DNA of 64,000 nucleotides from Saccostrea cucullata. Its lineage: Eukaryota. Position 1 is the stretch's first letter; every line of letters starts with the position of its first letter. The notes beneath the pieces are model-generated. The model saw only the letters and a list, made by a program, of their open reading frames with translations. It was not told the origin of the DNA and did no database searches. Of this stretch, positions 13,301-26,530 are shown piece after piece. The DNA is taken from positions 124,001 to 188,000 of the forward strand of contig NW_026933222.1 in NCBI RefSeq assembly GCF_032062105.1, given 5' to 3'. Position numbers and translations under genes: made by a program.

Positions 13301-16300
13301 CCACTTTCTCTTTACTTTTGCACTTTTAAATCTTCAGTCTAATATGTTCACGTTATCATGCGTCTTTGAATTTGAAGAACACGTTATTTCTAAGTTACCT
13401 GTCTTCCTATTTCCAGGTAAAAGACTTGGTGCGACAGCGAGTAAGAATTGTATCCTGGTGACGTCATAAAATTCCAACATTCGTCTGATATTCTGCAGTG
13501 CTCTTTTGATTTCTTTCTAAAATGCAGAAAAAAGTGAAAAAGTTATATTTGACACCTAAAAGCTTTTATAATTAAACAGGGAAACTATTTTGTGACACTT
13601 TAATAGATTTTGACGACAATTTAATTGGTAGATGGCTTCAATTATCGGAAGCAATCAGCGAATCCAGATTTTATGTTTTGCGGCTTTGGGACGAATTGGC
13701 GACGAAAGCATTTTTAAAAGGATTATGGGTAAACCCTTATTCTGATCCCAAAACGTTTCTCGAATGCCCAAACAGGATAGCATTGACACGCATTTTGTTA
13801 TCGCGGATCCCTTGATTTCATTTTATGACCACGAAGGCTGATTTCATTAGCACAAAGAAGCAATACCATAAAAATTAATTGACTTAACGGAAACAGAAAC
13901 TTTGCTCATAAAATCACAACACTTCACCAATCACAAAGCAAGGTAATGGGTCTGCATGCTTAAAAGTAAAAAAATAATCAACTTTTTGTTAAAATCTTGA
14001 AAACGTTGATCTTTGAAAACACCAAAAGCTGCTAATGCATAATGTTCCTAAAATATACTCTGACTGAAATAGGTTATAGACTTAACAAGATTTCAAATGC
14101 ATTAGAAATATGTTTTGATCAAAGAATTATCATCAATGCCATTAAAAATGCCATTAAAGGCCGAAATGGCTAGAGAAAGCGTCAACTAGCTGTAATCTTT
14201 AAAGTTACAATTTGAGCTTTTTCAAGTTGCAAGTAGATAAAAGAATTTGTCTTCGGATTTTTTTTTATTAACCACCCCGAATATGTTTTGTTTTGCCTTT
14301 CTATAAGAGCAAATGGGATTTTTCTACAGTGGCTAGCATTTTGAGAATTAGATTCCACACAAACTACATGTATCTGTTTTGTTCAAACTAACCCTGTTCC
14401 AAAGAATTCTGCCAGACAATCATCTGACTTTTGTTCCCTTAAGGATTCTCCTTCTCGATATTGCCAAACTTTTACTTCGGGATCAAAATCCCGGCTCGGG
14501 TAGTCCATTTCCCAAAATCCTCCTTGTATAATTGGCCCTATCTCTAAAAAGGAATTAGAACATTATTAACAATGATGTCGACATCAAATTCTCTATGACC
14601 TGAATCCTTAACCCGAGGAGTGGTATCATGTTGTAAATTTTGAATTTACTAGGAGGAGGTAAATGCAAAATTTTTGCATTTACCTCCCTCTAGTAAATTC
14701 AAAATTTACAACATGATGGTGGGGTAACAAATTTGGTAAAAGGGTAACAGATTTATTATTATCATTGTGAAAACAGAGACAATTAAGCAGAATTCAATAT
14801 GTCCATAAGCAAAGAAGAAAAGTTTATTTTATCCATTTTAGCATCGTTATATATATTTTTTTCATTTTTATAAATATTTAACTAAGGTCTTTCTAATGAA
14901 CTTCAAAAATTTGAACGTCATTTCACTCATTTGTCGAAATGCAAGACAGATTTAGAACTCCAAAACTTTGTTATGCGAACAGCATCCGTGTCATGATTAT
15001 ATTTACATAGATTAATATACTGATATATGTTCGTTCAAAGCAGATAATTTAAAAAAAAACATTATTCTAAATACGTTTCGACAGTTTCTAGTGATTTGTT
15101 GAATTTCGAATCATTTTGTTATAAATATGAAATTTGTTATAAGCAAACAAAAACAAGACACGAGCCTTGTTTACGTTATGAAGAACTTGATACAAAGTTC
15201 TGTATCTCGTTTGTTAATCAACAAATGTTGTTCAAATTTTTGTTAATCATTAGATGATGATTGTAAACATTAAAATTGGTTTTCAAAATTCTGTTAAACC
15301 TGTTTTCATGTCCCTATAAGTTCTAGGCATACCGTTATAATATTGTGGAGTAAATGCCGCTATGTAGGGCAGCGCTTCTTCACTGACCAGTCCAGCCACC
15401 TTCTGCAATCTCTCAATCCTCGCAATCGTTGGGTTCCAAATTCTCTTCGCATCATTTTGGGGTCGAGAATTTAACTTTTTGAGGAGAACTTTAAATTGTC
15501 CTGTTTGAGATACAAAAATGAAAAATGCATAATTTTGCTTTATTGTTTACTTGAAATTTTTATAATTCAATCTATGGGTGAAAATTTGTGTTTTTATACT
15601 TTTTCTGAATTTTGAATAAAAAAAATGTCAATAGGACCTTATTCTTCAATATGCAAACGTCTTTCTTCTAAATATAAATTAAAGCCCACATTTACCATTT
15701 AGATGCTGTGATCATTTGTTCAGTAAATGATATTCATATTTAAGGGGGCCGACTATATTTTCCATCGCGCAATATTTCGCGCATCATAGTAAAATGAAGT
15801 GTATTTACTGTTTTAATGCAACTTTTTTCGCTTAATTATTAAAATTAAACAAAATTAAGAAATTATAGGTATGAAAATGTAATTACAATTTGATATATTA
15901 ACTGATTTCTTAACCGATTTTGCAATTGATAGGTAGGTTGACGTCGTTGCAGTGTGTTTTTGACGTTATGATAATCTGTACCTCTTAAAGAAAGGGGTAA
16001 TAAAAATATTATTAAAGAAAAAGTAATAAACATTCGTTCTTGAAATTTAAAACATAGAAATTTGAGAATATCTCCAATATTTTTATTATGTTTTCATGTG
16101 AATCCATTGTGTACGTCATATTTTGTAATATTCTATAAAAATAGTAAAATTTGCTTATTTTTTGCATTTTGAGATGCTCCCTCTGGTAACAAAACGGTAG
16201 AATTTTGTATGTCTTACATATAATGTACAATATAGTATTACTCATCAAATATTATAGTTTGAACAAAATGTCTATTGTAGTATTTGTACAATTTGCTTTA

Positions 16301-17608
16301 AAGTGCTAAAAATTGGCATTTTCCTATATAATCCTATAGTAAATGTACCTGCATTTTGAGACGGTCCCTCAAAAATACCTGGACGATAGATTTCAACCAA
16401 ACTTTGCATGTACACTGAAGTTAATGTAAGTTATATATGGTATAAAAATGAAAAGTTTCGCTATTGTAGTTTTCACACAATAAAACTGTAGTCGGCCCCC
16501 TTAAACCATTCTAATATGCGGTACAATTTTTACACTTATTTTCCAGTCATCCTTTGTAAATGCATTGCTTCATTTAACTTTATAGTAAAACATCAGGTAA
16601 GTTTTCCACCGATTAGTTTCGCGGTCTTATACTGAAGGCACAGAAGTGACGGCAAAGAAGTGTAGTTCTTTGACTTTTGTACATTTAATAAACTTGCCTT
16701 TCCCGAAAAGTTAATCACAGTAACTTTAGAAGGATAATAACTTACATAATATAGAGACAAAGAAAATTTAAACTTTTTATCATAGCAGTAATATGACAAA
16801 AGAGATGTTCAATTTAATACTGATATCTGCTCATGATAATTAGGTTTTTCCAAAGGTAAATCAACAAGTATTGAAAACGAAAGGAATAATTTTTTTTAAA
16901 AATATATGCATATGTATTTACATGTATATATTTTTAGAATTGAATCTCAATTGACTTAGGGGAATAATCTCTTTCGAACGCAAAAAACAAAAGATTCTTG
17001 AGGTAAATTACAGTATTCAACAATTTCTGTTTTAATTAAATATTTTGTTTGTGATCATCGATTCTTTTTTCTTTGTCCACGGCTCCACCAAATAAATTCA
17101 TCAGCTTAATGGGCCCATTTAAGTAAGTGAGGGGCGTTTTAGCAATTTGGTAAAAATCTCACTTAAAGCATATTGAACAACTTACTAGGTTGCAATTGAA
17201 GATCTAAAGGAATTTTATACTTGTAGATTTACTTCGTTTTAACTAATTTCCTAACCTAATCTGAAACCAAAATATAGATAGATTTACACCATTTACTCCT
17301 TACAAATCAACACTTACAAAGATGTGTTAATCTTAAACTGAATTTTAAAAATAAAACATCTTACAAAATATTATGGTTTGGAATGGATTAAAACAAAGAA
17401 TGAACTTACCCTCCACCATTCGTGTTCCAATAACGGCATCTAGATTGAGGTTAGGGTGCTCCTGGTGAAAATAGTTGAGTGCAAACTCTATAGCATCTAG
17501 CGTTTTAGTAAGAAGCACCAAGGAGTCGTTAGAATTGGAAGCGATTGCAGTTGAAGACACTACCGGCACCAATAAAATCCCTGTTATATAGGAAATAAAA
17601 TATCTCAT
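1371..17608 (-). CDS. C16orf89: UPF0764 protein C16orf89 homolog, secreted, 7 exons, ~359 aa
   Basis: Exons 17410-17608, 15333-15500, 14393-14543, 13399-13516, 13013-13172, 12386-12511, 1371-1528. All introns are GT-AG and phase-consistent; total 1080 nt. Signal peptide, then motifs NLNLDAVIGTRMVEGQ, GFW, SDDCLAEFFGTG, YSLSHQVF, FCKNM..DLFMEQ, WLSPILSWQ..GC, RRKREE..GCLCHRTTVALAALG, colinear with human C16orf89 as I recall it. Confidence 0.9.
1567..2118 (+). mobile_element. Non-autonomous Helentron (HINE), second family
   Basis: subTIRs AGCTCGACTGG / CCAGTAGAGCT, GTCC/GTCT microsatellite, 3-4 internal units starting AAATGCTACTCC, 3' hairpin AGTCTCGTCAGTGACT, T-rich flanks. Confidence 0.75.
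3505..6064 (-). mobile_element. Two head-to-tail HINE-type elements with ~147-bp CCAAT/CACGTG-rich tandem units
   Basis: The end AACTAGTGCTAATTGTAACGGGGACCGTTACAGATGTTCCCCAAACG occurs at both 3505 and 4565. (AAT/AAG)n microsatellite; subTIR palindrome TGTTCCCCAACTTCGTTTGGGGAACA duplicated at ~5983-6060. Confidence 0.75.
6081..7510 (-). mobile_element. Non-autonomous Helentron (HINE)
   Basis: subTIR ATACGCCCGTC at ~6109 and GACGGGCGTATAAAA at ~7497-7511; GACG/GACA microsatellite at 7435-7463; terminal hairpin near 6091-6106. Confidence 0.65.
8362..8720. mobile_element. Degenerate hAT-like MITE in the foldback spacer
   Basis: Imperfect TIRs CAGGCACGTAGCA / TGCTAC..ACGTGCCT with G/C-run subterminal motifs; no clear TSD. 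Confidence 0.4.
8914..10029 (+). mobile_element. HINE inserted into the right TIR of the foldback element
   Basis: ATACCCCCCGCTTGAAAAGCGGGAGGGTAT start, (GTCC)n microsatellite, 3' GCGGGGGGTAT..GTGAGCTCAGTGCTCAC hairpin. It interrupts the T-run AAAGTTATT|TTCGTACG, which is intact in the left arm. Confidence 0.85.
9104..9800. mobile_element. hAT-type MITE nested in the HINE
   Basis: TIRs CAGGGGCGTAGCT / AGCTACGCCCCTG; perfect 8-bp TSD ATTTTACT (9096-9103, 9801-9808). Confidence 0.85.
14625..14717. repeat. Near-perfect 93-bp palindrome in C16orf89 intron 2
   Basis: ATCATGTTGTAAATTTTGAATTTACTAG..GGAGGTAAATGCAAAA / TTTTGCATTTACCTCC..CTAGTAAATTCAAAATTTACAACATGAT. Confidence 0.85.
15744..16500. 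mobile_element. MITE with TTAA TSD (Kolobok-like)
   Basis: TTAA|GGGGGCCGACTA ... TAGTCGGCCCCC|TTAA. Confidence 0.75.
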
Positions 17609-19942
17609 CTTACAGCCCTTTTCCCCTCTCGAAATTGTAAGTTCTTTGGCCTCTGTTGAAAATCGCCGTCATTTTGATTTTAATAACCTCAAGAATAGCG
17701 TAGGATTTCAAGCGCGCTAAATCATTGGTTGGCTTATTAGCGATGATGCACGCGTTAAATACGAGAGTGATCTTTATGTAAAGGGTTAAGCATATTGTTA
17801 TTCTATGGATTAATATATAGGGATTGCTGTGATAGTTGTTTTTCCCCATATTTTCTTTTAAATTGTCGGAACTGCAAACTTTTTCTATGCAGAACCAATT
17901 ATTTGAGATGACACTTTAAAAAAAACCCATTGTGAATTGAATTTATTTTTTTAAAATGTTATTGAAATTGAAGTAATGATCAGTTTGTTTTACAACATAC
18001 ATCATTAATTGATGAATGTATGAATATATTTTCTCATTCTGTGTTTTCAGTAGGGAAAAAAACAAGCAGGAAACATCGAAAGTTCTGGTGAAATAGGATC
18101 CGTTACAGTTCTGTCTCAACAAACACAGAAGGAAGAGAAATGGTGAAACACATATATCATTAAGTATGTGATGATGCAAGACCTTTATTTTGATTGAAGG
18201 AAATGAAAATAAAAAATATTTGCACATTATTAAAATCCAATAATTTTACAACAGGGCATTTTAATTGCAATTAACAAAGATTGTCTTTATGACAAATGCA
18301 ATGTAGGTTGGGCCACTATGGGCAACAAAGTTTTACATGGGTATATATTGGGAAAGTCTTTAAAAATCTTCTTATTTACAAGAATAGCAAAATCTTTCCA
18401 AAAAGATAAGCCATGATATTGAAGCCATCTTTATATGCAAACATCTTCCGGTTAACTAACAAATATAGTGTGAATTTAAAAAAACGACAGCTTCGAAATT
18501 CATAACTCAAATATAAAGTTCATGACTAGATCAGTTCTGAGTTTATGAATACTATGAACTTGATGTCTGTTCTAGACGAGCTACAATGACCAGAATATCG
18601 CGTCATTCTTTGATATATTATATATGAATATTTCAAATAATTAAATGTTCTTGATGCTTAGATCACGGTAGGGTTGGCAAATTTCTGTCCTTGGCCATCA
18701 AAACTGTCCTTGATTGAAACGTCTTAAACTATCTCCTCTTTTCAGAACAAACTTCACTTTTTCCCAGTATGATCTAGAACAATGATAATCTGCCAAATCT
18801 GGCTTAATTAAACACAGCAGCCAAGGTAACCCTTATAACGGCCTGTTCTGATCTGATCATCACAGGTTAGCTTTAACATTTTTTCCACCCCCATGTTGAT
18901 ATTACTCAAAAAATGTGTTTAGTTATATATTTTATTAGTTATTTATGTAAAATCAATGCTATTCAAATGTGAAACAGGAAGTTTGTCATACCATTATGAA
19001 CATCAATGAACTTTTATATGGACAGTAGTAGAACACAGGTGGGCCGACAACGCCCGGAGTTGGTTTCTTGGGGAAAAAATTGGAATCCACATCAAATACT
19101 TGAATATTAGGTTTCTCTCTTTATTTCTTTCACTCTCCCCCTCTCTCCGTGTTTTTATTTCTGACTGTGGTTTTCGGGTGATGGCTAATGAAATCTAGTT
19201 CTGACCTCTGATTTTTTGCATCTTCCTTTCCCATCTTTCGTTGTTCCTACAACGAAGGTAATTTCCTTTTCAGGATCGCGAAGAGTCATGTAAAAATATG
19301 CCTGAAAAAATGTTTCGTGTCTGAAAATCCAAATGAAGACCTAATGTTGAAAGGAATACCACTTCAGCATGAGCAGTGGCATATATTTTGTATTGCCCTT
19401 TTGTAGAATTAAATAATACAACACATGCATGTTGCTATCCATTTGGTCACCTTTTCTTGCGGTACGTATAGAACCTGTGTGGCCTTCGGCACTGCGTTAA
19501 ACTTTTTGTTATTCGTACGGACTAATCAGCTTATTCATTGAATCTTTCCAGAAGAAGATCAACTCCATTCATGACACGTTTGATCAGATGAAGCCAAGAA
19601 ACTACTTGACAGTGAACCCAGCTTTCTTAAGATAAACGGATTAATTCAATAAAGTTCCACAAAAGTCTTATTAAACTCCAACTCCATCTATTTCTATGGC
19701 CACCCAAAAAAATCTCCGTGAACTGGGATATAAAAATAAAGTTGACACCAGTTTATAAATGCTTCATCCTTGAAAATAAAATGAACATGAAAAATACCGA
19801 TAGATTTAAGAAAAAAACACCAAAATTTATTTTTTTTTAAATATATTGTTACTATACCAAGGTCATTTACAATCATTATCATTTCATTCATCTTCCGTTA
19901 GGACATAATAACATGTATGTCGTGTTAATAGTGTCAGATTTA

Positions 19943-20595
19943 AAACAAGAGGCTGTGTCACATCGCTCATCTGAGCACTGTGGATAGGAAAAAGTAGAAA
20001 TTGGTTTATTACTGAAAAGTTTAAATCCAAAAGTAGTCCCATGACCAATCATGGCTTTGCTATTCTTGAGAAGAAGATTTTTAAAGAATTTTCCTATATA
20101 TTTCTATGTAAAACTTTTGTCGGCCATTGTGGCCCCGCCCTACCCCGGGGTCATGATTTGAATAAACTTGAATCTACACTACCTGAGGATGCTTCCATAT
20201 AAATATGATCAATTATGGCTTTGCTATTCTAGAGAAGAAGATTTTAAAAAAATTTTCCTATATATTTCTATGCGAAATTTTGGTCGGCCATTGTGGCCCC
20301 GCCCTACTTCCGGGGATCATGATTTGAACAAATTTGAATCTACACTACCAGAGGGTGTTTCCCCATACGTTTCATCTTTCCTGGCACAGTGGTTCTTGAG
20401 AAGAAGATTTTTAAAACATACCACCAAATTTTCATTATTTCCCAATTATCTCCCCTTCATTTGAACAAACTTTAATCGCCTTCACCCAAGGATACTTTGT
20501 GACAAGTTTGGTTGAAATTGGCCTAGTGGTACTTGATAAGAAGTCGAAAATGTGAAAAGTTTACAACAACGACGACAACGACAACAACAACGACA

Positions 20596-20640
<45 letters not shown>

Positions 20641-20650
20641 TTCACGTGCT
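19943..20650 (-). mobile_element. HINE with Cg170-type repeats, reverse orientation
   Basis: AACAAGAGG..CACATCGCTCATCTGAG end, ~166-bp units (CTTGAGAAGAAGATTTT), (ACG/ACA)n microsatellite, AAAGCTCACTTGAGCC subTIR. Confidence 0.8.
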
Positions 20651-21720
20651 TTTGAGATAATACAAACGCTAAATAAAGCAACAAAAATAAAACGAAGTTA
20701 AAATAAACAATTGAAAACTTATCATTAGCGTAAGGATTTTTGAAAAAGACGTTATTATGTACATGATTTGGTTCATGACACGACGGACAAAACATTTTTT
20801 AGAAACTGGATTTTGATTAACTTGAGTAAAACTTCCGGTATATATATGTAAATTTATCAGTCTGTTTCAAGATTTGTGGGCGTTTGACATTTTTTCAGTA
20901 ATATTTCGACACATTCTAAAAAAAAAATTAGAATATCAATATATAACATAATTTTTCATCTTAAAGAAGCGAAATTATGAGGGGTATGCCATTTCTATAT
21001 TCACCGGAAATTATTCTATTGACGACTCTCGAGTCTTCCAAGAAATTCGCTGCACTGTTTGAAGTCTGCACAACAAAAGCTTCAGTTCATCAGATTTCTT
21101 ACAATATAAAATCACATCATTGATTTTAGTTAACCTCTTAAAGAACAAGGGACCATCCCTTTCAACCAATAAGACTTCCTTTTAACACAAGACGTGTTCC
21201 CTCTCCATTATTATCTTCGTTTATGGAGAGAAAAACTTTATATAATTTTTTCCCCTTATCACGGTTCCTCAAATACTTTTCTATATCTCCATTAATATGA
21301 ATTAAATCTGCTTCTTTTATCATAAAAAGAAAGTCATACATTAGTATTATAAAACTAGAATACTTGTTTATTTTTACTTTTTGGATACCAAGCCTCATTA
21401 CCATTAACTTGGAGTTTACAGTTTTGTTGTTGATTGAAATGAGGATAATATATTATATGTACATGAGTTTGGCACTGCATACAGTTGTACGGACACCAAT
21501 GACTCCCTAATACAAGAATATTAAACCATTTTAAAAAAAAATAATCAAATTTAAAAGCGTTTGACTTCATAAACTGATAAAAGTGAAGGAATAAATAAGC
21601 TATTTTGTTTCACTATACTTGAACTAAACCATGGTTGTATATTGGATAAATCAAGTTTATCTCTCTTATAAAAGTCGTGAAATCAATTGGAAAAAATTAC
21701 TGGTAACTCACATTTCCCTT

Positions 21721-22470
21721 TTAATACCCCTAGCTTCAAATGGGAGGGTAAATAATGATCTGGATGTCTGTATGTTCGTCCGTCTGTGATGCTTGGGGTA
21801 AAAATTTCTCATCCGCAACTCCTCATGGTTCATTCTACCTATTCCCACTTTTTGAAAATCATGTAGAAAAAGGTAAGATTTTATGTAGGAATAGGTGGAA
21901 ATTTGTGTAAACAAATAATTCACTATGTTCTTAAATTTAGGTATTAAGTTGCTTTTTCTTGTAAGATCTTTTTATTATTTCAAAAATCCGAAATAAATCG
22001 TATTTTCTCATAGATGTATTAATTATTTTCTGTCTTAAAATGTACAAAATACAGGTAAATCTAAACATCTATTGTTATTTGCAAGTGGGAATAGGTGGAA
22101 TTGAGATTTTTAAAAAGTGGGAATAGCTAGAAGACACCCTCCTCATTTACAACCGAATGGAATTTAACGAGACTTTCACAGAATCTTTGTTACATAGTGC
22201 CATCAGACACATGTTTCGGGTTTCCCCGAACAAAAAAGGACTCTGCCATTCTGAAGAGTACCCATTTTTTATCTGCAACTCTTCCTATATACCACTGAAT
22301 AAAATTTAACTGTCACAGATTATTTATTACATAATACCATTGTGCATTTTAATATTTTATTTTTTTGATAAAAGTTCTTTCGGGTCTACGAGAGCAAAAC
22401 ATGGACTTTGTCATTATGATCATATGGAAGCGGGGTATTACTTAGTGAAGTCAGTGCTCATAGTACCTCT
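21721..22470 (+). mobile_element. Degenerate HINE, same family as 8914-10029
   Basis: ATACCCCTAGCTTCAAATGGGAGGGTA start, ATCCGCAACTCCTC units, GCGGGGTATTACTTAGTGAAGTCAGTGCTCATAGTACCTCT end. Confidence 0.65.
21827..22138. mobile_element. MITE with GG..CC termini and 8-bp TSD, nested in the HINE
   Basis: Imperfect TIRs GGTTCATTCTACCTATTCCCACTTTT / AAAAGTGGGAATAGCTAGAAGACACC; TSD CTCCTCAT (21819-21826, 22139-22146); internal GGAATAGGTGGAA repeats. Confidence 0.7.
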
Positions 22471-22659
22471 TTTTTATTTTTAAATTATGCAAAAGTTATT
22501 AACAGCGAACACAGAGAGTTCATTAGACTTTAAACGTATTTAACAGGAAAAAATAAAGTCTTAGATTTATGGAAAATGGCTCTTTGTGGGAGTTAATTAT
22601 TGCCCTCTCCGTCCCACTTAGTTCGAGATGACGAAAGAACTTTATTCGGTAATAACCAG

Positions 22660-23194
22660 TATTTGCCCCCCAAATCAAACTTTGATGGAGATATATTTAA
22701 TTAAGTTCTTAAACAATGGAGTACATGTATATGCTGACTTCAAAGCACTGAATATTTTCATAAGTAATGACGCCATATGTGCGTAATGACGTCACCAACA
22801 TGACGTAAATTTCAGTTTTTTATGAATTTTACAGAAAAATATACATATTTCATCGATATTTTGAGTAAAAGTCAACGAGCGCACGTGTGTTCAGGATCAA
22901 TATTTTGATATAATGTGTAGCATGATAATATCAATGAAATATGTCAATATTGTTCCTGAACAAACTTGCGCTCTATAAATTTTAAAGCTAAAATTGTTGA
23001 AATTTTGTCAATTTTGTCCTCTTTCTGAAAAAGGATATCAAATCGGACTAGTCTGTGACGTCATAAAAACAAAAATTGTGCATACACTGCTTTGACACTA
23101 TAATATTTTCTGTTAATTTATATTTCTCATACAATTTATTCAATTCAGCACATTTCAGGAAGTTTTCAAAATATGACTTATGTGGGGGCAAATA
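22660..23194. mobile_element. Putative MITE (TA-flanked)
   Basis: Short TIRs TATTTGCCCCC / GGGGGCAAATA. Confidence 0.5.
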
Positions 23195-24702
23195 TATGCA
23201 ATATACCGCATATAGTTCTTTGACTGTAAATAATCTTAAGGAAGCTAGCGGGTCAACAAATTATTTTTTTATCATAACCACCAGATATAACTTAAATTTT
23301 GGGATATGATATCTTAAGCTGTTAACTATCATTTAACAAAGAAAAATTTCATAAATTTTAGTTTTAAAATTTGATCATTTTATTATATCATTATATGGAG
23401 CTCTTCTTCTAAAGGAAATCAAAATAGTCTAAAAATGGGCACGACCACCCAGCCTCTTGAAACAATCTTAAAAATTGACAGGTATGGAATTACTAGTATA
23501 ACAAACAGAACTTTTCTGCGAAAATTTATTTTGGAAAAGAAAATTCTTTGATTTAAAAAAAAAAAGCATGTTATTCTTATGGTTCGAAACAAAGCATTCA
23601 AAATCATGAGCTGTACCTTGCAGGCACGTATAATCGGAAGGGATCGAGGATTTTTCCTGGTAGCCCAAACATTTTTGTTGCAGCATTGTGAAACATTGTT
23701 TCCCACCCCTGGGCTATGCTAGGGTGGGCTAAAATGGAAAAGGTTGGGGGGAAAGAAAGTTTAATTTTCTTAGATTTTTGTTGCAACGCTTCAAGATAAT
23801 AAAATTAACTGAATTCTTTAAAGAGAATGAAACTAAAAATTTAAAAATAAAAGCAATCAGAAGATAGGGCTGGTACTAGATTTACTTACGACAGCGTCTA
23901 ATTAAGTGATTGATCCTCCTGTATCGTTACTTTTGTCGTATCAAAGAAAATAGTTCTATCCGGTGCTTTGCATGACGACATACATTGAGCGAAAGAGCGC
24001 GCATTAAATCAGTCATTAGTCAGTAAAAAACAATAAAAACATTCTAATAAAACGTCTTTTATCTTAATGTCATAAACGAGAACTTTATAAAATTTCAACG
24101 GAAGAGCGTGCTGCAATGTTAGGCATAGCCCATCATAAACGACACCTCAACGTTAAATGAAATAGGAATGGTTTCACCAACAAGGCAGCAGCTCTACTTC
24201 TCTCTGTGTCTCCGCAAAGCTTAAAGTTTGAAGGAGGTGGCAAAAAGATTTCTGTTTATTCCAATAGTAGGCATAATAGTCTTGTCGAAATGCATATATT
24301 TAGTCGAAAACAATGTTGGAGGCTTTGTCTTAATGCAGTAATCTCAGGGTTTTTTTTTTCAGGTAATTGATCATTGCAATAGAAATCTAAATTAGAACAA
24401 CTGAAAATTATACAGAAGATTTCAGTTTCTTGATATGTTGCACCAAAAATATACCATTTGACATACATATTTATAGCCACTCTAAACGTCTATTGCCTTT
24501 GTGTGAAGCTGAAAAAAAAACTTTAAAATTGTTCAAATATTAGAAAAGTTGTGAAAAATGAATTCTCTAGAGTTCAACCTTAAGTAAACATACAAGTACA
24601 CGTTTCGTTACATGTAAAAACATCATAAATGGGCATCATACCCACATAAATGAGTGTTGGCTTGACGCAACCTGCTTATAGTTGACAATTAATATACTAT
24701 TG

Positions 24703-24737
24703 TGACGTCATTCGATATTCAATTGTGACGTCACAAT
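24703..24737 (+). promoter_or_regulatory. Paired CRE (TGACGTCA) sites upstream of orphan ORF copy 1
   Basis: TGACGTCA at 24703 and 24726 (23-bp spacing; second within the 16-bp palindrome ATTGTGACGTCACAAT). The arrangement recurs at 25995, 28400/28423/28451 and 29916/29939. Confidence 0.55.
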
Positions 24738-24823
24738 AAACAAGCAAGAGATCAAGAAGCCGAAAGACGTTTCGTTTCCAGGCTAAGACTTTTTGTATAA
24801 TATTTTAACCAGCCGCGTGAGAT

Positions 24824-25307
24824 ATGGAGAAGAGAACAAATTATAGATCCGCCATAAAGCGGTTGTTTACTTGTAGAACTTACCGTGAGCCCGAGCAAGC
24901 AGAAGAGCAGGAGGACTTCTTTCAGAACAGAGATACCGGCGAGACATTTATCGCCATGGACCCCAGACCTAAGAAAGGGTTCTCACATCAACTTAGACAA
25001 TTTCAAGACTTCTTAAGACGTGTGTTTCACATTGAGAGGAAAATGAAGATTTTGAAGAGACCTTCTTCAGAAACAGCCAAACCAGCAATACTGCTGTAGG
25101 GACGAACCAGAAATTGAACGCTTTGCTGTTAAATCACAGCTTCCATGCCATGTGATGCCGAGCAGAGGAAACAAATCTTTGTCAAAGACCTTTCCCGAAG
25201 CACAAATCAAGAGTGATTTAAAGATATGCGTTCTCCAGGTTCCAGAGGAAAATGGTCTTGTAACGGAACAAGATGATATGGACAAAGAGGATGTCATTTA
25301 TCTGTAG
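24824..25307 (+). pseudogene. Orphan tandem gene copy 1, disrupted
   Basis: Near-identical to 28552-29124 but with a 6-bp deletion and a 65-bp deletion creating TAG at 25097-25099 and a frameshift. Confidence 0.7.
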
Positions 25308-26118
25308 AATGGAACAGAATCATGAGAATCATGATCAAATTTTCATATCTAAGACAGTGAAAAAAGAAAATATTTGTGTTCACTTTCGTCAGATATAAGA
25401 TTGACTAAAAAGGTTATGTATTTTGCTAACATTCAAGAGCAGTCATGTAGATGATTTTAAACGTAATACCGGTATACCAAAGTTTTCTTTCAACGAAAAT
25501 CTTGTATTTTAAGAGTCATTAATCATTACAAGTGTACTAATCTGTTACCCGATAATGTGAGAAAATTTTCAGAAATTATGCAATAAACACATTATTGAAA
25601 GATATCGTCTTTGTGTTTGTAGTATTGCAAACGGTAAAGAATCATGAAACGTTTCTACTTATTCCAAATGAATTCTACGCATGGTCTTTCATAAATTTTT
25701 GATGAAACACACAAATTTAAACGTTTTGAGAAAAAGGAGGGGGAGGGGGGGACTACAAAAGAGTTTAAGACTAGGACGAAAAACTTAGGTTGATTGTGAA
25801 ATTTTGTACAATCAATCATTCTTCTGAAAATTAGTACCATAACATAAATATCTTATTCTATTTTGTATGAATAAAAAATATTTAGACAATTTTCAAATTA
25901 ATGTAAAATAAAAGTCAAAAGCAAAATGAAAATTTGTTCGTTCTTTTGTAAAACGGGCTCCTGGTTTTATAGTTCATGACTGTTAAGTCCATTGTGACGT
26001 CATTCGACATTCAATTGTGAAGTCACAATAACCCTACTATAGATCTTTAAGAAGCCGAAAGACGTTTCGTTTCCAGGCTAAGACTTTTTGTATAATATTT
26101 TAACCAGCCGCGTGAGAT

Positions 26119-26530
26119 ATGGAGAAGAGAACAAATTATAGATCCGCCATAAAGCGGTTGTTTACTTGTAGAACTTACCGTGAGCCCGAGCAAGCAGAAG
26201 AGCAGGAGGACTTCTTTCAGAACAGAGATACCGGCGAGATATTTATCGCCATGGACCCCAGACCTAAGAAAGGGTTCTCACATCAACTTTAAACATCTTC
26301 ACCTTGCAGTAATGTTTGGAAGGGATGAACCAGAAATAGAACGCTTTGCTGTTAAATCACAGCTTCCATCCCATGTGATGCCGAGCAGAGGAAACAAATC
26401 TTTGTCAAAGACCTTTCCCGAAGCACAAATCAAGAGTGATTTGAAGAAATGCGTTCTCCAGGTTCAAGAGGAAAATGGTCTTGTAACGGAACAAGATGAT
26501 ATGGACAAAGAGGATGTCATTTATCTTTAG
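26119..26530 (+). pseudogene. Orphan tandem gene copy 2, disrupted
   Basis: ATG at 26119. A 143-bp deletion between AACTT microhomologies (relative to copy 3) shifts the frame. Second CRE mutated to TGAAGTCA. Confidence 0.7.

Noticed and set aside
19000-21500. Coding-looking fragments on the minus strand (~19190-19380, ~21020-21400)
   Set aside because: Interrupted by stops, no consistent splice chain, no recognisable motif.
26180-26530. 116-aa ORF treated as a separate gene
   Set aside because: GTG-started chimera of two reading frames created by the 143-bp deletion in copy 2.
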